Both the position numbers and the translations under genes were made by a program. The notes beneath the pieces are model-generated. The model did not search any database. It saw only the letters and a program-made list of their open reading frames with translations, and had not been told where the DNA came from. From assembly GCF_000400465.1 (NCBI RefSeq), contig NW_008806295.1, forward strand, positions 144,030-176,029: a DNA stretch of 32,000 nt, written 5' to 3'. Shown here one piece after another: positions 19,658-30,744 of the stretch. This stretch comes from Wallemia ichthyophaga EXF-994. Taxonomy: Eukaryota > Fungi > Basidiomycota. Numbering within the stretch: the stretch's first letter is position 1; each line of letters opens with the position of its first letter.

Positions 19658-21944
19658 ATGACTATCAAATCGAAATCCCCGTCGATCGGTTTAGACAACC
19701 GCAACGAGAGCGGGATCAATAACGGCATCAATAACGGTTCCAATACCCCAATCTCGGAATCTAATCAAAAGTCTATCCTAGCAAATTCAGGTAAACCACA
19801 AGATCAATCTCATCTTCCGCTGGCTAGTGACCACGCTAGCACTTTTGAACCAATCGATGAATGCCAATACGCTAATCGCTCTCTTGGTCGCTCACATCAG
19901 CACGTTGAAGAGAGCTACTGTGATTGCTATCTCAGCAATTCAGCGTGTGCCCACTCCAGTGACTGTATAAACCGTCTTACCCAAGTCGAGTGTCTTCTCG
20001 ACGACTGCAAGAGTGGTCCTCACTGCCGCAATCAGCGTTTCCAACGACGTCAATGGGCTGGTCTTGACGTTGTTGCGACTGAGAAGAAAGGCTATGGATT
20101 ACGCGCTCAACACGACATGGACAGAGATACTTTCCTCATTGAATACATAGGCGAAGTCGTAACTCAAACTCAATTCCTACGTAGAATGACCTCCTACGCC
20201 AAAGAAGGCATAAAACACTTCTACTTCATGATGCTCCAGAATGAGCAGTTTATTGACGCCACACGTAAGGGAAACGTTGGTCGTTTCGTAAACCACTCCT
20301 GCGCACCTAACTGCTTTGTCAGCAAGTGGGTCGTCGGACGTTACGTCAAAATGGGCATCTTCACTAAACGTCGCATACATAAAGGTGAAGAACTCACTTT
20401 CAATTACAACGTAGATCGTTATGGTCATGATGCACAGGTTTGTCATTGCGGCGAACCTAACTGCGTTGGTTTCATCGGTGGTAAAACCCAGACTGATATC
20501 GGGGGCATGGACGACCAAATCTTAGACGCGCTCGGTATCACCCAAGAGGAAGTCATGCGATTAACACTCAAGGGTAGCCGGAAGAAGAAGAGTAAGACTT
20601 TAGATGAGGATTATGAGTTGGAACTCAAACCGATGGTGCTCGAAGATGTACCCAAGGTTATTACAGCTGTCAGACAGTCTTCATCAAACAAAAAAATACT
20701 TTTGAAATTGTTGAAACGAATGAGGGTGAGTGTTTTCTGTGGAGTTTAGATGGTAACTCAACTCAACACAACCATAGATGACGGAAAGTCATGATATCCA
20801 GCGGCAACTGATGCGTATGCATGGGTTCGCCATCCAGGCTTCACTCCTCTCGGAATACCCACATGACGAGGATTTGAGCAGACTCGTTATCGAAATTTTA
20901 GCTCAGTGGTCACAGCATCTCAAAGCAAAGAACAAGATAGAGACGTCGAAAATAGATGAACCTGTGCAATTAATTGAGAAGAGTAGTGAGAATGACGAGA
21001 TAAAGACAGGTGCTCATACGTTGCTTCAATTATGGGACACGCTCGAGTCAGCGTACAGGATACCCAAGCGTGGAATAAACCAGACGGATGATGATATATT
21101 GCTGTCAGAGCACCAAAATGAGCAATTATTTAGTCAATTACCGGAAGCTAAACGGGTCAAACTTCATGAGGATTCACTGTTCAAGTCGCAAAAGGAATTC
21201 GTCAAGCCTGAGGCAACACAGAGCGGCACTCCATTTGAGGCGCCCACTTTACTCGATTTGCAGAAAGAGAAATGGAAGGAACTTCAGAAGCAGTCACCGC
21301 AAGATAGTCAACGCGCTGAGCAGGAGAATATAAAAAAGGTTATCGAGAATGCCCGTCTAGTGGAGCAGTCGAAGCAAGAAGAGGCTGCTAAGCAGAAGGC
21401 AGAGGAAGAAGCAGAAAAACAGAGGAAGAAAGAGGAGAGTGAGAGCAGGAAAGCGGCCAAGAAGAAAGAAGACAATCGGAAGCGCTCAAAAAGTAAAGAA
21501 AAGGAAAAGGAAAAAGACACACAACAGAAGACAGAAAAGGATAAAAATACACCAGATCCTCATAAAAAACTACATAAGCAGATAGGCGAATTGGTCGTAC
21601 ATGTCATGTCCAAATCCAAAGACAGCTTCAGTCACGATAGCTTCAAGAAGCACGCCAAAGAACTCACCTCTACGTTGCTTGAAAAGGAGAAAAAGAAAGG
21701 CGGTGTGGAGATGAGTGAGGATATGCGCAATAAGATGAAAAAGTTTATCAAGGAGTATGTGAGCAAAATACTCGCGAGGAAGCAGAGCAAGGGGGGAGGT
21801 GAGAGAAAGAATGATGCAAACAAAGAAGAGAAGGGTGAAAATGATGAAAATGATGACAAGGATGAAAACGAGAGAAGCGATACCTCGCAACAAACAACTG
21901 CAAAACATCCAACACCAACATTCTCCGACCAGGTGCAGTGGTGA
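19658..21944 (+). CDS. SET2: Histone H3K36 methyltransferase
   Basis: AWS domain (CINRLTQVEC...CRNQRFQR), SET domain (TEKKGYGLRA, YIGEV, RFVNHSCAPN, EELTFNYN), post-SET (CHCGEPNCVGFIGGKTQT) and an SRI-like C-terminus (KKFIKEYVSKI). One intron at 20726-20777. Confidence 0.95.
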
Positions 21945-22079
21945 AAGCATTAGACCGTAAATTATTCATGTAAACAACGTAAGAGCTGATACAAAAACTA
22001 GATTTGAAAATGATATTACTTGGAAGTGTGGAGTGTAATATTAGGTATATGTAAGGGTATACAAACACACACTGCACTT

Positions 22080-23009
22080 TTACGCATTGCCCAACCTAAA
22101 ACCGACAGATGAAGCGATTCTGATAGGCAACTCTCTTCTCAAATCACCACCTCTCTTACCGTAGTCGATCCACGCAGCACGCAAGACGGAGGTGTGAGCA
22201 GAAGACAGAGCCAAGAGATCATTCTCAGGCATCCTCTTGAGCGCAGATACAGTTGGTGGGAGTGCTGGGTAATCAGGATCTGGAGTGCGAAGAGGTGATG
22301 GCCATTGAATGCGAGCGTGGTCATCAGTTTCGACTGAGAAGGCTGAATTAGCGGAGCGAATCATATCGCGTTGTTCAATTTCTCTAAGAGTATCACCCAA
22401 TCTTCTCAATTCAGATCTGTGTACTTCAAAGTCATCTCTAATGTCGTCAACGCGTGAACCAACAGCTCTGTTGACGTTATCGATATCTTTCAAAGCTTGA
22501 GTGGATTGCTGCATCAATCTCGATTGATGTTCGAGAGCTTCAAGGGTATCGGAGTGAAGCTTCTTATCGTTGTGAAGTTGCTCTCTTTGGAAATCTACTT
22601 GCTCAAGGTGTGAAGTACGAAGGAAAGACATGATGTCATTGTGATTGCGATCTTGACGTGTGGCGTCTTCGATGGCTAACAATCTTTGCTGATCAAGCAT
22701 TTGATTGTGGTGTCTTTCATTTTGAGCAATCAACTCGACGTTATTTTTCTCGAAATTTGAGACAAGTTGTTCAAGTGTAGTGGAGAAAGAGGTGGCGAGG
22801 AGCTGCTGGGACTGCTCAGACTGTCTGGTCAACAAAGAAACGTTCTCCTTTTGAGATTCTTGGCTCTCATTGTACTGAGTGGAGAGGTTCGCGGAGAGGT
22901 CTCTGATTGCGTTGGCGAGTGAGAGCAAGTCAGAGGATTCCAAACCCAAAGCGATGTTCAAGTTGGATAGAGCTTGAGCAGCTGCAGAAGGATCAGGATT
23001 TGTAGGCAT
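22080..23009 (-). CDS. Hypothetical coiled-coil protein, 309 aa
   Basis: Long ATG-initiated single-exon ORF with Q/E/L-rich heptad character. No family recognised. Confidence 0.75.
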   Translation of the reverse strand: MPTNPDPSAAAQALSNLNIALGLESSDLLSLANAIRDLSANLSTQYNESQESQKENVSLLTRQSEQSQQLLATSFSTTLEQLVSNFEKNNVELIAQNERHHNQMLDQQRLLAIEDATRQDRNHNDIMSFLRTSHLEQVDFQREQLHNDKKLHSDTLEALEHQSRLMQQSTQALKDIDNVNRAVGSRVDDIRDDFEVHRSELRRLGDTLREIEQRDMIRSANSAFSVETDDHARIQWPSPLRTPDPDYPALPPTVSALKRMPENDLLALSSAHTSVLRAAWIDYGKRGGDLRRELPIRIASSVGFRLGNA

Positions 23010-23298
23010 TTTTGAATGTTTGGTTGAAATATTAAGAATTTCAGTAGTAGTTTCGGTTGAAGAGACTCGAAATTCTCAAGTAAATATTCAAATGCCAAAG
23101 ACTAAATTGAATTCCAGTGAGTGATAATAGAATATTTTAAATTCCCTGTTAATTTAATAGACCTGGCTGCTTACAATATAAATTATAAAATTCAAATTTC
23201 TAATTTACTGCCAGAGGCTCTCTCTAGTCAACACTCAAAGGATATACGTCAATTACAGCTGAAAGGGCAACAGAAGCTGTCAAAGGAAGTAAAGAAAG

Positions 23299-23802
23299 AT
23301 GTTCAACAGCTTAACAAGATTAAATAACTTATCGGCTTTGATTTCCAGTGCATTGTTCACTCTTATTGGCTTGATTACACTATCCAGCTTGAGTTACAAT
23401 GAAAACAACAATAGCAATATAAACATCACCCAACTTAACGTAGTAAACAGCTACAACAACTTGAACCAATTTGCTTTCATTAGATTTGAAGGTGTCGTTG
23501 ATACTACATCTCTTTTTGACAACTGGAACACGAAACAAGTATTTGTACAACTTTCTACTGATTACAATACTCAAAACACCCACTCAAGCACCGTGATTTG
23601 GGATGCTATCATCACTAACGGCGATATTCTCAACCTAGACAATGTCAAACAGAAATATTCACTCAAATCTAAATCGTTTGAACAATATCAAAACACTACT
23701 CTCTCTCTCACTTACCACATACAACCATACGTCGGTCTCAACAAACACGGCTTATTGCACACTCAACAAATACAATTCCCAAAAGCTAAATCTAACATTT
23801 GA
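23299..23802 (+). CDS. SPC3: Signal peptidase complex subunit SPC22/23
   Basis: N-terminal transmembrane segment, SLFDNWNTKQVFV, VIWDAII, KQKY and LSLTYHIQPYVG; 167 aa. Confidence 0.9.
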   Translation: MFNSLTRLNNLSALISSALFTLIGLITLSSLSYNENNNSNINITQLNVVNSYNNLNQFAFIRFEGVVDTTSLFDNWNTKQVFVQLSTDYNTQNTHSSTVIWDAIITNGDILNLDNVKQKYSLKSKSFEQYQNTTLSLTYHIQPYVGLNKHGLLHTQQIQFPKAKSNI

Positions 23803-23893
23803 TGTTACCTGGTTGTATTCAACTTATTCATACCACTTGATTTATTATTATCTTTGTCTCTTTTTCACTCTTCCTTGACTTACTTCCATCAAA

Positions 23894-25320
23894 ATGACCC
23901 TGTTCAGTACGGCTAATCTCCCAATTGAGACCAAATACAAGGTTTTAGATGCTTTAACAGAAGAGTAAAAGATACTGTAAACCCTTTTTAGGTGGGTTTG
24001 ATAGAATCATAGAACAGCACAATTTCTTTAGGGTGATGTAAATCAACAAACATTGGAACAAAGCATTCATACTTCAAAGGCGTGTGTATTCAATCTAAAG
24101 GGACTATTTAACGCGTGCTAGGTTATACAACTGCTGTCTTTGACGACGATTTTGCTGCTATCTTCTGCAACGAAATAAACACAGTCAAAGTCTGATATTG
24201 GCTATCAAGCCCTCACCGTAGATTTGTTAGATTCAAAGAGCTAGCCGTAAAGTCCAAATTTAACGAGACTCGTTAACATAAACTCTGTAACATGCTCGGT
24301 CTTCGTTTCAATGACGTCATATTCAACTCATTTCAAGTATCTTTAAATTTAAACAGAGAGTTGTCCTCAAAATATCCCATTGCCAACATCGATAAAAGCA
24401 GCCAATCTGACATTTGCTGGGAGAAAGGCTGACTACATCGATTTTAAATAAATGAATCATTATCTAAAGAACATCTGAACCTTCCCGGAAAATAATATTG
24501 AGCTAACTAGCTCGTCAGGATAGCGCTCTTTAAATACTACGATTAAACTCAGACTTGGTCTTACATTTTACGCAAATTTTGATTTAGTCGATGAAAGTTT
24601 AGCTTATCACCCAAAAAAATAAACATTTGTAGCTAAATAATACTGATGACTATAATTACATTTTAAAAAGAGGCACGCCACTACCCAAGAAGCATCTGCA
24701 CTGTACAGACAACATCGAGACATTGTCAATTGATAATTAGTTGCCTGCAAAGATACGATTCGGCAGAGGAGCGTTCCTCAAGACCTTTCCATGGCAAAAT
24801 ATCAAGAAAAAGCAAATCTCGAGCTTTGAATGACTCTTTAACAATTTAGAGCGACTCTACTTTGAAGACCTTACAGAATACATCTCGAGCGAGAGCTTTG
24901 ATATGTTTCCTGAGGACTATGTCTTTTTGGATATAATCTCGCTCGAAATGAAACCTGAACCGCCTTGGCGTAACCCGATGATTATCGCCATCATTTGTTC
25001 ACAAGTTCAATCGAGGGTTTTATGATTCAAATTTCTCATTGTTGGAGGAAATACATCCAGCAGTCGTTGCATTTATGGCATCGTTTTTTGTTATGAGATA
25101 TCTGACGAGGCTATCAAACTTCTCGTGTCTAAGCATCCACACATCAAGTCTGCTCAAGTTATACCTTTTTATATTATGTCACATACCGCATCTGATTACA
25201 GCTTTTGAAATTTTTCGTGCCGAAAGTATTTGCATATCATCTATTTTTGCTTTCAAACTGTTGAGGCTAATGATGGCACTCTGCATACCAAAGCCAAACT
25301 GCAAACCGTACAATGTGATG
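23894..25320 (+). pseudogene. Decayed gene with an F-box-like N-terminus
   Basis: The ATG at 23894 reads MTLFSTANLPIETKYKVLDALTEE*KIL*TLFR/VM*INKHWNK, assuming a putative 40-nt intron at 23992-24031. This fits the F-box pattern LPxE...L..L..V.K.W. Frame 24666-25320 reads protein-like with only four stops (24738, 24831, 25023, 25206) in about 218 AT-rich codons. Confidence 0.6.
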
Positions 25321-25322
25321 CG

Positions 25323-26528
25323 CTAAACTTTCTTATTTTTCTTGTTTTTCTCAACTGCTCTGGTATGTTGCAATGTCAGCCATTCACAGCTCTCCTCAAA
25401 CTCACATTTACTGCATTTGAAATAGCCATCTTCAATATCGACACCTTTATAATCCCCCCGATGCCAAAATTTGAACGCTTCGTTTATGTATCGTTTAAAC
25501 TCCCTCTCATCAAACTCAATCTCTACTTTGCCGATATATGTACCTCCATCTGCGCAGTGGTATCTGAGTTCAACAACGTTGTCAATATTCTCCAGGATAA
25601 TTTGGGTGGCAGCCTTAAATCTATCAAGTATAGCGCAAAGTCTGAGATCAGTTTCGCCATTCTGAAGCATATGTTGTCTGACAATCGGTGTTGATACATG
25701 CTCGTTCATGTTAATTCCGCAACTTTCGAGCCACGCCTGCCAATCGAATGAAGGGAAGTGAGTCAACATTTTCCTGTATACCATAAGCTGGGCTTTATTA
25801 TTGGAATTTTGATAGCGGGGCATTTTACCATCAACGCGCGTCTTATCATCGACAACCCTGACCATACCAGTCTTCCTATCCAGACATAGCTCATCAATGT
25901 CACCCTGTAATATTTGACCATCGATCAGCCCACGCACGCCAAATTCTCTGCAGCGGCCTTGATGTGCGAGTGTGGTTAGTTGCACGATGCAATTGTGCAG
26001 CCATAGGGCATAGTAATCTGAGCGTTTATCGAAGTAAATCTCCATCTCCATTTCCCTGTCGTCTGCGATATCGTACATTTCACGCTCCATTTTGGTATGA
26101 TGGGCTGAGCCTTTGTCCATTATCTTCTCCTTGGCTAGCGCTTTGTTTGTATCGACGTTGATTTGAGCTCCAGTATCTCCGACGATGGATTGCACTCTTT
26201 CAGAAGCTCGGATCCAACCACCGCCTTGAATTTCTTTATATAACTTCTTATAAGCGCACCACTGTATGTCGGAGACGTCAGTCGCGGAGAGAAAACCAGA
26301 TTTCTTTCTGAAACGGTCATAGGGAGTGAGATATTTAGTTGGGTTTGTGGATTCAATTATTTCAACTGAGTTGCTTCTGCTTCTGCTTCTTGCTCGCTTC
26401 TTATCGTCCATTTCAACCGTTATAGCTGGATTTGCGGAGTTAATGGTGCCTGTCTCGACGGCAGATGCTACGGCAAGGACTTCGGCAGAGTTGAGCCAAT
26501 CATCTTCAAATTCTCCGTCGCTGGCCAT
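25323..26528 (-). CDS. EXO5: Exonuclease V (Exo5/Dem1, Fe-S RecB-family 5' exonuclease)
   Basis: Motifs FLSATDVSDIQWC, KGSAHHTKMERE, REFGVRG..GDIDEL, VVDDKTR, QLMVYRKML and C-terminal CSKCEFEESCEW, giving four Fe-S cysteines. The likely start is MASD at 26528; in-frame ATGs also occur at 26609 and 26648. Confidence 0.9.
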   Translation of the reverse strand: MASDGEFEDDWLNSAEVLAVASAVETGTINSANPAITVEMDDKKRARSRSRSNSVEIIESTNPTKYLTPYDRFRKKSGFLSATDVSDIQWCAYKKLYKEIQGGGWIRASERVQSIVGDTGAQINVDTNKALAKEKIMDKGSAHHTKMEREMYDIADDREMEMEIYFDKRSDYYALWLHNCIVQLTTLAHQGRCREFGVRGLIDGQILQGDIDELCLDRKTGMVRVVDDKTRVDGKMPRYQNSNNKAQLMVYRKMLTHFPSFDWQAWLESCGINMNEHVSTPIVRQHMLQNGETDLRLCAILDRFKAATQIILENIDNVVELRYHCADGGTYIGKVEIEFDEREFKRYINEAFKFWHRGDYKGVDIEDGYFKCSKCEFEESCEWLTLQHTRAVEKNKKNKKV

Positions 26529-26591
26529 TTCTACGTGATGATCGTCATCTCCCAAGGAACAACGGCCAACAGCGAGGCAATTTAAGGGGAA

Positions 26592-28430
26592 ATGCACGAG
26601 ATTGTTCATATAAGTTTTGGGCACAGTAGCGCGTATTCTACGACACATTATTTCAATCAGCAAGTGAGAAAGTACTTGGGAGTTGGTGACGCACACTGAC
26701 GGCGATTAAAGGAGCATTACTTCAATCAGGCTGACTGTGATACACACAACATTGATCACGATTCTAGCTATAGAATTGGTGAGGGCTACGACGGCTCACA
26801 AACATATACTCCCCGTCTTCTTCTTTACGATTTGAAGTGTGAGCGGTGCAGACGGCGCATTCTACACAGCTCAGTATGCTACAGCAAACTTTGGCAGTAT
26901 AAAGAAGATAAACGAGCTTTATCAAAAACCTACAAGTTATGACGACAGCAAGATAGATACTCTTTCTGGGTGAGTTGGGTAGCGCAGTGAGGCAGTCTAC
27001 ACCAACTAACACTCTTCAGCTTGAATATCGAATATCAGACACAACAGCCTCAGCGTACACGCTACCAGGCTGAGCTGGAAAGCGGTAAAGAGCCTTCACC
27101 GCCTACTTCAGACGAGGTAGCTTCTTGGACAGATTTTAATCGCTCGTACTTCCATCCACGCTCTATTCATCAGATAAGCGGTTATGTTCAGTGCGGTACT
27201 GGTACTGATGGTGTTGCTGGGTTCGATGGCTGGGAACTGGGACAAGATGTATACAAGGAATATGAAAAAGTTGGTTTTAGCGTGGTTTAAGCTTCAACAC
27301 ACTCATACTCATCACAGGAGTTCAACTCTCTCGATGAAGATCTCAGACACTTTGCAGAAGAATGTGATTTGCTGCAGGGATTTCATGTCAATGCCGATGT
27401 CAGCGATGCTTGGAGTGGTTTCTCTGTCGCTTACCTCGAGGATGTCAGAGAGACTTATACCAAGACACCAATCGTCGTCAACGCACACGAAAGAGATCAT
27501 CTCTTTAGCTGGAAGCAGTCGCTTAAGAATAAGGTTGAGAGTGAAAACAAGGATGTGGAGAAAGACACCCGGCACCCACTTTCCAATACAATCCTTATGA
27601 ATGAGCTCTTGTCTCTTTCAAAGTTGGAGAGCGTTTCTGATTTGGTCGTGCCTTTGTCCTGTCCAACTAAATGGAACGAGAATAATACTGATGTGGGTGT
27701 TTTACTGTTCAACTCGAAACAAAGCTGATCAAGAGTAGTCTAAGATGAACTCACTTTTCATTTCGTCATCTATACTCAGCCCCCACTTAGACGCAATTTG
27801 CCTGCCTTTCAAGCTTTATAATGGTGGTGCAAACATGCAGCAGCTAACCTCACAGCTGAACTGGAGAAACGGGACAAAGATCGCCACTCTTACCGGTGGT
27901 GTGGGTGATGTCGTCAACCAGTTCGATTATAGTGGGATGGAAAGCAGTATCAAGGAGAGAGATGTTTTCGCTGAGGTGCAGGTGGTCAGACCACCTTACA
28001 AGCCAAGTCGGGATGGACTTGAAGATGCGCTTGACAGCAGGACAAAGCTCAAGTATCCCCTCTTATCAAGGTGAGCTACACGAACAAGTTGGACAACAGG
28101 CTGACGCGTAAAAGGCACTGGATAGACAGCCCAGCGTACAAGCCACACCCCTCTCATCCTGCTGGAATGTATGAGGATGATGAAATCAGCACACTCAGCA
28201 GTCTGACAACATCTGATGCTGTAAGGTCCAAGTTGGAAGAATTTGGTAAGGTTTCAGAGAGTTTTCCCTTTAAGTACGGTGGGATGGGTAGTGGATACAG
28301 CAGGGATGAAATGGTAGAAATTGGAGAATCTTACTGGAAGATGCACTCGGCGTATAATTCGGACCCACAGTTCGGTGACATAGATATTAATGATTCTGAG
28401 GGCTCTGAAGGTGGATATGATATGGACTAA
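26592..28430 (+). CDS. DML1: Misato/Dml1 tubulin-like protein
   Basis: Motifs MHEIVHISFG..THYFNQQ/EHYF, YTPRLLLYDLK/SNFGSI, WTDFNRSYFHPRS and DLRHFAEECDLLQGF..DAWSGF. Exons 26592-26663, 26712-26838, 26885-26969, 27020-27269, 27318-27692, 27739-28070 and 28115-28430. Confidence 0.93.
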
Positions 28431-28632
28431 ACAATTTATCGGGATAAAGTGGCTGTTATCGGCTAACAAGACATGTAAAAAGCACCAATACATGATATCG
28501 CTATTCAGATGCCGCGCATGCCAATTTTCGTTTAACTCCAACTGAAATCATCTTAAACCTCGAGAAAGATTCGGCGGTTGATCGCATCATCTTCGCTTCA
28601 ATTTGATCAATTAAAACTAAAAAAACCCAAGA

Positions 28633-30251
28633 ATGCTCAGCCGTGTATTTTCTAGAAGGACAGTAGCCCCAGCACGCATTTTTAGCGCTAAAGCTTCTGT
28701 GCGCGCAACAACACCAATAGCAACAGCAGTGAGCATTTAGTTTTTACCCTACAACGACCATCTCACGTGAAGAAACAGAGATCAATTTCAATGTCAAACG
28801 TTATCAAATCAGAATTCAGAGAGGAGAAGGATACATTTGGTCCATTGCGTGTACCTTGTGATCGCTACTGGGGTGCACAAACCCAGCGTTCGCTCCAAAA
28901 CTTTGAAATTGGTGGCGAGCAAGCTAAAATGCCTGTTCCACTGACCAGAGCATTTGGTATCTTAAAGAAAGCTGCTGCAGCTGTAAACATTACCTACGGT
29001 CTGGATGAAAAGATCGGCAAAGCTATAATGGAAGCAGCCGATGAAGTTGCCACTGGAAAGCTTGATGGTCATTTCCCACTTGTCGTTTTCCAGACTGGAT
29101 CAGGTACACAGACTAATATGAACTCAAACGAAGTTATTAGCAACCGTGCAATTGAAATTTTAGGTGGAAAGCTCGGATCTAAGAACCCAGTTCATCCTAA
29201 TGATCACGTCAACATGTCTCAATCATCTAACGACACTTTCCCAACCGCTATGCACGTAGCAGCAGTACTCGAACTTAACAACTCATTACTTCCAAATCTC
29301 ACCACTTTGAGAAACGCATTGGCTGATAAGGCGGAGAGCTGGTCTAATATCATCAAAATTGGTAGAACTCACCTTCAAGATGCCACCCCACTCACCCTTG
29401 GCCAAGAATTCGGCGGCTATGCTCAGCAGCTCACTTACGGTATCGATCGTGTAGAAGCTGTCATCCCTAGACTCAGCTTGCTCGCTCAAGGTGGTACTGC
29501 TGTTGGTACTGGTTTAAACACCCGCAAAGGCTTCGATGTTAAGATCGCTGAGGAGATTACTAAAATTACCGGAGTGCAATTCAAGACTGCACCAAACAAG
29601 GTGAGTATTGCGTGTTCCGAACCATTTTTACAAGCTAATTTGATGTAGTTCGAAGCTTTGGCAGCTCACGATGCAGTCGTTGAGGCATCTGGTGCGCTCA
29701 ACACTCTGGCAGCATCTCTCTTCAAGATTGCACAAGACATCAGATTCTTAGGCTCAGGCCCAAGATGTGGTTTGGCCGAGTTGGCTCTCCCAGAGAACGA
29801 GCCAGGCTCTTCAATCATGCCTGGAAAGGTTAACCCAACACAATGTGAATCACTCACTATGCTCTGTGCTCAAGTATTCGGTAACAACACAGCTATTTCA
29901 TTTGCTGGCTCACAGGGTAACTTTGAATTGAATGTATTCAAGCCAGTTCTCATCTCCAACTTACTCACATCGATAAGATTGTTGGCGGATGGCTGCAGAT
30001 CGTTCACTAACAACTGCGTCGTTGGGATTGAACCAAATGAAACAAAGATCAAGGCTATCATGAACGAGAGTCTTATGTTGGCAACATGTCTTAACGCTGA
30101 CCTTGGTTACGACAACGTTGCGAAAGCAGCCAAGAAAGCACACAGTGAAGGATTGACACTGAAGGAATCAGTTCTTCAACTTGGGTTGCTCACCGCTGAA
30201 CGCTTTGACGAACTCGTCAGACCAGAGTTGATGATTTCACCAAAGGAATAA
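28633..30251 (+). CDS. FUM1: Fumarate hydratase (class II) with a mitochondrial presequence
   Basis: Motifs [42 protein letters not shown] and [15 protein letters not shown]. Exon 1 (28633-28728) is an Arg/Ser/Ala-rich presequence. Introns at 28729-28772 and 29601-29648. Confidence 0.97.
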
Positions 30252-30320
30252 ACCAGTATAACCATTTTATAAATTTTGATACAAATCTTCTATCTAGTAC
30301 AGATTTTGATGTAAAGAACA

Positions 30321-30677
30321 CTACCACCGCCTTGTTTCAGCGGCAGAACCGACGTTTGTGAATCCAGAGGAAGGACCGTTAACGCTCTTGACTCTACCTT
30401 GAATTAAATCATCACCATAAATGTTATCGACCTTGACCAACTCTTTAACTCTGAGTAATTGACCAGCCGTATCTTGAGAGTGAGGATGAAGAACGACAGC
30501 CATTCTTTTATTCAAACCGAGTGCTTCAAGTGTGCGCTGAGAACCTTTTGGTAATCCAATGGCTGATCTAGTCAAAACTATCCTGTAAAAGCCCTTTCCA
30601 CCATTTGGTGAAGTCGAAGCGTGGAGAACATTCTTTGGTAAATAAGGCAAAGCCCTCTGAAGCCAATTTGCAGGCAT
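30321..30677 (-). CDS. MRPL33: Mitochondrial ribosomal protein uL30m
   Basis: FYRIVLTRSAIGLP..TLEALGLNKR..AGQLLRVKELVKV matches the L30 family. Confidence 0.9.
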   Translation of the reverse strand: MPANWLQRALPYLPKNVLHASTSPNGGKGFYRIVLTRSAIGLPKGSQRTLEALGLNKRMAVVLHPHSQDTAGQLLRVKELVKVDNIYGDDLIQGRVKSVNGPSSGFTNVGSAAETRRW

Positions 30678-30744
30678 TTTAAACTTTTATATATGGGATC
30701 GTGGTGGATTCTCGTTAAGAGTCGTCTTCTCCACAACAACACCG

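Noticed and set aside
18672-23802. Functional linkage between the SRP RNA and signal peptidase subunit SPC3
   Set aside because: They are 4.4 kb apart with three unrelated genes between them and use different polymerases; most likely coincidence.
23894-24100. TAA-to-Gln genetic code reassignment as an explanation for the in-frame stops
   Set aside because: Intact neighbours (TRM8, FUM1, DML1) end in TAA and contain no internal TAA or TAG.
25230-25694. 154-aa plus-strand ORF
   Set aside because: It is mostly antisense to EXO5; its 5' part is the tail of the decayed pseudogene frame.
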